Shown one piece after another: positions 53,387 to 59,154 of a stretch of DNA of 59,154 bases. Below the pieces are notes generated by a model. The model had not been told where the DNA came from, ran no database searches, and worked only from the letters and a program-made list of their open reading frames with translations. The DNA is from a virus (taxonomy: Duplodnaviria > Caudoviricetes). How positions within the stretch are numbered: position 1 is the first letter of the stretch; every line of letters begins with the position of its first letter. The stretch covers positions 1 through 59,154 of the IMG/VR virus record IMGVR_UViG_3300005326_000009; one strand, 5' to 3'. A program made the position numbers and the translations under genes.

Positions 53387-54325
53387 TTAGACCATGAGAT
53401 AGACATCCACGTCTTTCAAGCCGTCAAGAGCAGAGTCCAAGTCAACGGTATTCGATGCAAGGACGGTAGCGCTTACGACAACGGTAGCGGCATTCGCTTC
53501 CAAGACGTTGTTGAGATACGACTTAAGTACCGTGTTATGGGAAAGCTTGTGTCCAAGACCAAGCTTCTCCGTAGCACCAACTTGCACGGTATCGCCTGCC
53601 TGCTTCCGCGCGGGTACGAGAATAGCCGTAACCGTCTTAAAGGCTTTCGTACCTGCTACCGTAGTCGTACCGTTCAAGGCAATGGTCTCGGATAGCGCTG
53701 CATTAGCGGCATCCGTACCAGTGATAACTACGTTGCCCCCCGACTTACTGATACCCCCAGTAAGGGAAGCTTCGGCTTTCGCGTTGACAATACCTGCGCC
53801 TGCGTTCTCGTCTTCCGCTGCCACAAGCAGCAAGGCATCGGCATCGGCATTGATAGCCGCTTTGACGAGCGCTGCCGTAGAGGTGATAGCACCTGCACCA
53901 TCGGTAGCCAAGTTTACGGTAATCTTGTTGCCCGTGACAACGATACCGAGAGCTTGGTTAACATCGGCAGGGTCAATGTATTCGATGCTGATAGCGTTCC
54001 CCAGGTGACCAACAGGGACAGCCGTAAGGGTCAAGTCAGCATCGACATTGGTCATGTTGCTAGTCAAGGCAGCTTGGACATCGGCAGCGACATTCCCCAC
54101 AATGGACAAGCACCGAGGGGTTGTAGGTTGGGTAATCCCCGTGGTAACGTTGGTAGTTGCTCCATCGGCAAGGGTAACCGCTGCATGGATAGAGTCAGCA
54201 GCCGCAGCCGTAGCAGCCGCAGCCGCAACATGCAACCGAGCAAGAAAGGCCATGTCTTGTTGAATACCTAACCCATCGCCTTGAATCTCCTGCCCTGCAT
54301 TCGGATTATAAGGATAGCGAGACAT
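53387..54325 (-). CDS. Head decoration/auxiliary capsid protein
   Basis: Directly after the MCP; PR.L......V.ITGTD.....SETI.L.G.....GTKAFKTVT. Confidence 0.65.
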   Translation of the reverse strand: MSRYPYNPNAGQEIQGDGLGIQQDMAFLARLHVAAAAATAAAADSIHAAVTLADGATTNVTTGITQPTTPRCLSIVGNVAADVQAALTSNMTNVDADLTLTAVPVGHLGNAISIEYIDPADVNQALGIVVTGNKITVNLATDGAGAITSTAALVKAAINADADALLLVAAEDENAGAGIVNAKAEASLTGGISKSGGNVVITGTDAANAALSETIALNGTTTVAGTKAFKTVTAILVPARKQAGDTVQVGATEKLGLGHKLSHNTVLKSYLNNVLEANAATVVVSATVLASNTVDLDSALDGLKDVDVYLMV

Positions 54326-54417
54326 TGTAATTCCTCCTCAACCGTGGAAGAGGGACTTTTAAGGGACCGGTAAGGTATTCCTACCTCCTTTGGTAAGCCC
54401 CTCTTCCTACTTATTCA

Positions 54418-55380
54418 TTAGCTGGCAGTGATAGTAGCGAACGGGTAGCGATTCGCTTCAACCGACTGCATCCGGTTAATCGGATTCGGCAGTTGAATAC
54501 CGAGCCGCATCTCGCACCGCAGGGCAACCATGTTTTGCTGAGCAAGAGCGTACTGCACCGAGTTGTCGGCAGGGTCGTAAATCGTCGCCTCAGTCAACAC
54601 ATCGAATTGCAGGTCTTGCCGAATGGAGTAAACCATCTGTTGGAAGTCGCCAGCAACAAGGTGAGCATCCGAGACAGCGAACGCACCATTGCGCACAAAG
54701 TTAATCGGTTGACCATGAATCAGGTCAGGGGTAGACGCCTTGGGGTCGTTGACGTAGATAAAAGCGCCGTCATTGGTACGCAGCCCACGCAGCTTGGACT
54801 TGGTAGCAATAGGAGCAAGGAATCCCCGCACCTCAAAGCCGTCCTCTTCCACCTTGCCCATGCACAAATTAATGTCATCGGCAAAGTCCCCACCTCCCGA
54901 ACCGAGCACAATGTCATTACCAGCCGTGTTAGCGTTGGTAATAAGAGCAGTCGGCCACGAAGCAGGCTTGCTCGTACCCACAATCTGCGCCGTGTCAATC
55001 AAGACACCAAACGCCTCTACGACTTTCGGCTTAATCTCAGCCCAAATATCGTAGTTGCTATCCGCAAGAACGCTCTTGTGGATAGGCAGAATAACCGCAA
55101 TCTCTTCGGCTTGGATAGTCTTGTAAGACCACGTAACCTTAGAAGTCGGTTTCACTTCCCCCGCAGCTAAGCCAGTAGTCGTAGGCTCAGCGACAAAGTA
55201 GGCAGACGGCAGGGAAGCCAAGACAGGCATCTTTTGCTGTCCCGCAGTCATGTTAGGCAGACGGCGACACAGCGACAAGACAGCCGAGTCTTCGGCAACA
55301 CCTTGGACGATTTCCTCTTGTACCGGAACGGGAATAAGTTCCGACAAGTCAGAGCGAGTCATTTGGTCGTTATACGACAT
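54418..55380 (-). CDS. Major capsid protein (HK97 fold)
   Basis: LIP......I...A..S......MPVL...P.AYFV...EEIAVI.PI...GDF...QQNMVALR. Confidence 0.92.
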   Translation of the reverse strand: MSYNDQMTRSDLSELIPVPVQEEIVQGVAEDSAVLSLCRRLPNMTAGQQKMPVLASLPSAYFVAEPTTTGLAAGEVKPTSKVTWSYKTIQAEEIAVILPIHKSVLADSNYDIWAEIKPKVVEAFGVLIDTAQIVGTSKPASWPTALITNANTAGNDIVLGSGGGDFADDINLCMGKVEEDGFEVRGFLAPIATKSKLRGLRTNDGAFIYVNDPKASTPDLIHGQPINFVRNGAFAVSDAHLVAGDFQQMVYSIRQDLQFDVLTEATIYDPADNSVQYALAQQNMVALRCEMRLGIQLPNPINRMQSVEANRYPFATITAS

Positions 55381-55422
55381 TGCAGTAATCTCCTGTAATT
55401 ACCACAGCCCCCTGCCCGTTTG

Positions 55423-56079
55423 TTAGCCTAAACCTGCCTTTCTTCGCAGCCAAGCTCCCATATCCGGTTGGTTGGGCTTGGAACCGTCCTTAAATTCGGT
55501 TCCTGTTTTATTCGGTTGTACACCTGCTTTGAGCTTGGGGTTTGCCTTAACAACGGACTTAACCATATCCCCGAGTTGCCGTTCAAAGTCTTCATCCTCA
55601 GGGTCTAAGTCCTTCAGCAATCCCCGCTTCTGCAACACAGCTAAAGTCAGTTCAGGGTCAGCGTCTAGCTGATTCGCCACACGGTTAAACACCGATTCGA
55701 CTTGCACCGAGCGCAGTTTATTCCGTGTTTCGGCTAACTGCTTTGTTAGCTGTTCAGGAGTGGCGTCTTCCACTTCGAGACCAAGCTCTTTAGCGAGAGC
55801 AATCTTAAGCCGGTCATTGCTTGACCGCTCAGTCTTGGCATTAGTACGATGTTTAGCGTTCTCCTGCCGCAACCGCTTAATCTCTGCTTGCATGGCCTTG
55901 ACGGTAGATAAGTCGTCATCTCCATCATCGTCATCATCCATAGCAGGGGGTACCTGACTCGCTGCCTTGGCTTTTGACTTCTCTACCGGTTTATCACCAG
56001 TAGGTTCCTCCCCCGTTCCCCCTGTCGGCTCCTGGCCGTCAAAGAAGATACAGAAGGGACGCATAAGTAAACCAAACAT
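55423..56079 (-). CDS. Capsid scaffolding protein
   Basis: Acidic linker, LRQENAKHR coiled coil, position upstream of the MCP. Confidence 0.8.
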   Translation of the reverse strand: MFGLLMRPFCIFFDGQEPTGGTGEEPTGDKPVEKSKAKAASQVPPAMDDDDDGDDDLSTVKAMQAEIKRLRQENAKHRTNAKTERSSNDRLKIALAKELGLEVEDATPEQLTKQLAETRNKLRSVQVESVFNRVANQLDADPELTLAVLQKRGLLKDLDPEDEDFERQLGDMVKSVVKANPKLKAGVQPNKTGTEFKDGSKPNQPDMGAWLRRKAGLG

Positions 56080-56141
56080 AAGAACCTCTCCTTACCTGAA
56101 GGATTGTCGGAGAGCAGTGTAACACTCTCCTTGTTTTGTTG

Positions 56142-56327
56142 TCAAGCACTTAGTACAATGACTTCAAACTGCTTACCACCATCCCCTGCCCGAGGGGTAT
56201 CATGGGTAGCTTTACCCAGTAGTATATCAGTAGGTATCCCCTCAGGAAAAGCCCTACAGGTTTTGTCAAAGTTATAATGCTTGCATGACAAGCATACAGC
56301 TTCTCGCTTTACTTGTCTAGTATCCAT
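56142..56327 (-). CDS. Small Cys-rich protein, candidate immunity/partner of the minor-capsid toxin domain
   Basis: CLSCKH....C.AFP.GIP..I..G...H..P..GD.G..F; start overlaps the upstream stop. Confidence 0.65.
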   Translation of the reverse strand: MDTRQVKREAVCLSCKHYNFDKTCRAFPEGIPTDILLGKATHDTPRAGDGGKQFEVIVLSA

Positions 56328-58092
56328 AGTCGGTAGTCTCCCGTAAAACTTCCAGCACTTCAGGGTCTATATGGTCGGTATGCCCTTGTGAGTACCACGA
56401 GTAAGCCTCAGCTACGTATTCATGGTAGTCATCCATTGCTCTCAGACTTGGTGCATCCCGCAGGGTATAGGGAGCAGTAATCAGTACTTGGTCATCGTTC
56501 GTTAAGTCACGAACCGGACCTACCTCATGGATAATCTCTTCGGCATGATGCTTGATTACCTCGTCAAACCTTTCTTGATTGTGGAAGTAGTGTGCATGGC
56601 CTAGCTCATGAGCTACTACTCCCTCGGTAGGGTTCTCATAGGTATATGCCACAAACAAGTCAGGGACATCCCGCCTGCCGTGGTCTATGGCGTCTAATGT
56701 CCTTACTGCCGCGCGGTAAGGCTCAGTATCCGTTCGTCCGTTCGCTTCCATATTGGCTATCCGCTGTGCTAACCCTTCACGGGTAAAGCGCTGGTCAACA
56801 TCTGAGCCGAAGAGTAAGGTAGTGTCTGACCCCCCAAACCGAGAACGGCTAAAGATAAGCACAGCGTTGTTATTGTCAATTCCCCCGCGCATATCCATTG
56901 GCGGCCAAAAGGACGGTTGAACGCCAAAGTAGTCAAGCCGCTCTCCCTCTCGCCAATGCTTTTGGTGCTCGGTAATGGTACGAGCAATCGTATTTAATTG
57001 CTCAGTAGTGAGCGTTTGTTCGGCAAAGTCCCTATCGTCATCCGAGTTCCACAAGCCTAGCTCGTCAAACATGCGAAGAGCTTCTGCCTTATCCTTCGCT
57101 TTGCCTATCTCGGGAACAATGCCTGCCTCACGGTAAGTATCATAGCGGTCTAGCCGAGCTTGATAGCCGTCCTTGGACATCCGAGCAGCCTGCCGCTGTA
57201 GGTTATTGATAGCGGCAGCATCCCTACGCTCACACTCAGCGATAGCTCGTTGTAACTGCCGTTGCTCCTTCTCTAACTCATACCGCTCTCTCGCTGCCTG
57301 CCTATCATAACTCTCAGGAACCCTATACACACCGTCTGCATCGGGAGGGATAAACTCTACCTTGTGGAAGCAGTTAACATGGAAAAGCCCTGCCGCTCTT
57401 GCTTCCATATAAGTCGGATAGCCAGGGGTTCTCCCTCCCATAGAGATAAACTTCCCTTCCCAGGGAGAACACTTTGGGCAAGCTTCCCCATTAATGCTTA
57501 CCATAATAACGTCTTCTTCCATGACCTCCATAGCCGCGCGTATCCCCGCGTGTTGCACATCCCTTTGTGCTACAGCAAGCGAGGATTCTAAGTAATTAGA
57601 GAGGGCATGGACAAAGTACCCTGAGGCAGTTCCTACGGCGAAGATTCCCGCGTGTGCCGTGGAAGGCATAACCGAAGCAGCAGCCGTCTGCACGTCTACC
57701 GAGTTATCTGCCACATGCTGCATTACCTGTTGAGCAACATCCTGATAACGGTTAGCTAAGTCGGCAGCAACAGTCATTTCCGCGTGTAGCTGGTTTGCCT
57801 CTGCTTCGCTAATCAAGGTACGCAGTTCTTCCCTATTAACCGGCTCAGTCGTTACCGAGTCAACCGCTTGTGAGAAGACTTGCACAAGACTGTTAGTGAG
57901 CGTTACCGTCCGTATACGGCTAAGCCGTGACAGGCTACGGTTAATCTCCGCAGACCAGAGCATAGCATTCCTGCGCTGTATGTCTCGGTAATTAGGTGAG
58001 TCTTTGCCTTGAAGAAGATAGTAAACCATCCTCTCCAAGGCAACAAGTTCAAGCTCATGGTACGCTCTACGGATTATATCACGCGTTAGCAT
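56317..58092 (-). CDS. Minor capsid protein (Phage_min_cap2/MuF-like) with a C-terminal zinc metallopeptidase extension
   Basis: CP.C.PWEGK..S......YPT...A...GLFH.NC.H core; C-terminal HELGH...EYVAEAY. Confidence 0.8.
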   Translation of the reverse strand: MLTRDIIRRAYHELELVALERMVYYLLQGKDSPNYRDIQRRNAMLWSAEINRSLSRLSRIRTVTLTNSLVQVFSQAVDSVTTEPVNREELRTLISEAEANQLHAEMTVAADLANRYQDVAQQVMQHVADNSVDVQTAAASVMPSTAHAGIFAVGTASGYFVHALSNYLESSLAVAQRDVQHAGIRAAMEVMEEDVIMVSINGEACPKCSPWEGKFISMGGRTPGYPTYMEARAAGLFHVNCFHKVEFIPPDADGVYRVPESYDRQAARERYELEKEQRQLQRAIAECERRDAAAINNLQRQAARMSKDGYQARLDRYDTYREAGIVPEIGKAKDKAEALRMFDELGLWNSDDDRDFAEQTLTTEQLNTIARTITEHQKHWREGERLDYFGVQPSFWPPMDMRGGIDNNNAVLIFSRSRFGGSDTTLLFGSDVDQRFTREGLAQRIANMEANGRTDTEPYRAAVRTLDAIDHGRRDVPDLFVAYTYENPTEGVVAHELGHAHYFHNQERFDEVIKHHAEEIIHEVGPVRDLTNDDQVLITAPYTLRDAPSLRAMDDYHEYVAEAYSWYSQGHTDHIDPEVLEVLRETTDYGY

Positions 58093-59154
58093 TCGGTTCC
58101 TTCTTCTGTGTCATCATGCGTTGCTGTCGCTTTGCCATTTGGTCTTTACTGTCAGGAGACAAGTCCTCTAACCCCTGCGGTTGCGCAAGGGAAGCTTGTT
58201 TGCCGTCAATCTTTTCAACTTCCTTGTCTACCTCCTCTTGCTCCCACTCCTGGTGTAAAAGCTTGACCTTTGCCTCAGTAGAGGCAGCAACGGCACGATT
58301 CAGGAACTCAACGGTTTGTGCCAATTCCAATAAGTCAGGAGCGTAACTGTCGCCAAAGCTTGCCGTTGGTCGAAACGCTTCCTCTTTACCGTCCATAACC
58401 TGCAAACGCCAAGCAAGGTACTCGATAGCCATTCCCCAGTAGCCTTCCTTCTTACCCTTCGTCATAAGAGACTTTCGCTCTCGCACCTTGAGAGCCGCTG
58501 CCGAGGTAGACGAAGAGGAAGTACCTTCACCTTCTCCGAACGTCTGCACGGCATAGCCAGCATTCGAGACAATACGGGCAATCGTTTCGCAGGAAGTCTT
58601 GTAATGCGCCTCATGCCGAATATCCGGTTGGAAAGCAACCATCTTATTGCCCCCTTGGTCAACCGCAGCGTCAACCTGTAGTGGGGTGAATAGCTCCCGG
58701 TATACGTCAAAGCTGAGCTTGCTTCCCGCTGCCGCGAGAGGGTCAACGGTTAAGTACTCCTGCGGGATAAGCATTCGGCTCTGTCCTAAGCGTACATCCC
58801 GTTGCCAGCTTGTGAAGGTCTCGTCCAAGAACTCCATAAGCGTGATAGCCCCTGCCGTGTCAGCCTGCCCAAAATCTCCTCCCAAGGCAGCGAGGTTGGG
58901 GAGCGAGTTAGGGACATAGACCACGTTAAGCTGTCCATCATCGCTTGGAATAAACTCTAACAATCCCTTAGTTACTTCAAAGGAATCAAGGTCAATAGGT
59001 ACCCCAAGATAGGTCTTGGTACCTTTATAGACCCCATGATAAACCCCTTCCCGCGTGTGCTGTTCAAGGTGACGGTAAACGGCTCTGCTATCTTCCGCTA
59101 TCGTCTGCCAAAAGGTGACAGAGGAAAGCCTTCCCCAACGAAAGACGGGGAGAG
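58079..59154 (-). CDS. Portal protein, C-terminal part (joins 1..604)
   Basis: YVPN...G.AD...LDET.TSW.RD.RLG...FQPDIR..AH...GY..QTFG...A.STE.KV..LH. Confidence 0.88.
   Translation of the reverse strand, partial: LPVFRWGRLSSVTFWQTIAEDSRAVYRHLEQHTREGVYHGVYKGTKTYLGVPIDLDSFEVTKGLLEFIPSDDGQLNVVYVPNSLPNLAALGGDFGQADTAGAITLMEFLDETFTSWQRDVRLGQSRMLIPQEYLTVDPLAAAGSKLSFDVYRELFTPLQVDAAVDQGGNKMVAFQPDIRHEAHYKTSCETIARIVSNAGYAVQTFGEGEGTSSSSTSAAALKVRERKSLMTKGKKEGYWGMAIEYLAWRLQVMDGKEEAFRPTASFGDSYAPDLLELAQTVEFLNRAVAASTEAKVKLLHQEWEQEEVDKEVEKIDGKQASLAQPQGLEDLSPDSKDQMAKRQQRMMTQKKEPNANA
59032..59154. repeat. Terminal direct repeat, right copy
   Basis: Identical to 1..123. Confidence 0.95.

Noticed and set aside
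33573-58919. Many plus-strand ORFs over the structural region (and minus-strand ORFs over 4.3-31.9 kb)
   Set aside because: Antisense shadows of long genuine genes, with no RBS or recognisable motifs.

Overview
This is a complete, circularly assembled genome (about 59,031 bp plus a 123-bp terminal overlap) of a probably lytic siphovirus-type tailed phage, read with the standard genetic code. The plus strand (4.3-31.9 kb) carries nucleotide metabolism (dimeric dUTPase, HD hydrolase, dATP/dGTP diphosphohydrolase-like protein), replication (SNF2 helicase, primase-like protein, UvrD, PolA, DEDDh exonuclease, VRR-NUC) and a long run of small early/host-takeover ORFs. The minus strand carries terminase, portal (split across the contig junction), head, tail, tape measure and lysis genes plus a tRNA-Gln. 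I found no integrase, reverse transcriptase or CRISPR array. The most unusual features are: (1) a 530-bp non-coding cassette at 23.37-23.90 kb with four promoters and three structured small-RNA candidates, one a multibranch RNA with a tRNA-like acceptor/T-arm; (2) two homologous AACTAC-iteron/palindrome elements, one at the divergence point with a 62-bp palindrome and one with 41-bp terminal inverted repeats inside the structural operon; (3) a minor capsid protein with a C-terminal HExxH metallopeptidase followed by a small Cys-rich immunity-like gene; (4) two tail-tube paralogs, one carrying an insert shared with the head-decoration protein; (5) tail-tip/fibre genes displaced into the head operon; (6) an M15 peptidase inside the tape measure protein; (7) apparent absence of GATC. 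All protein calls come from motif recognition by eye, not database searches.
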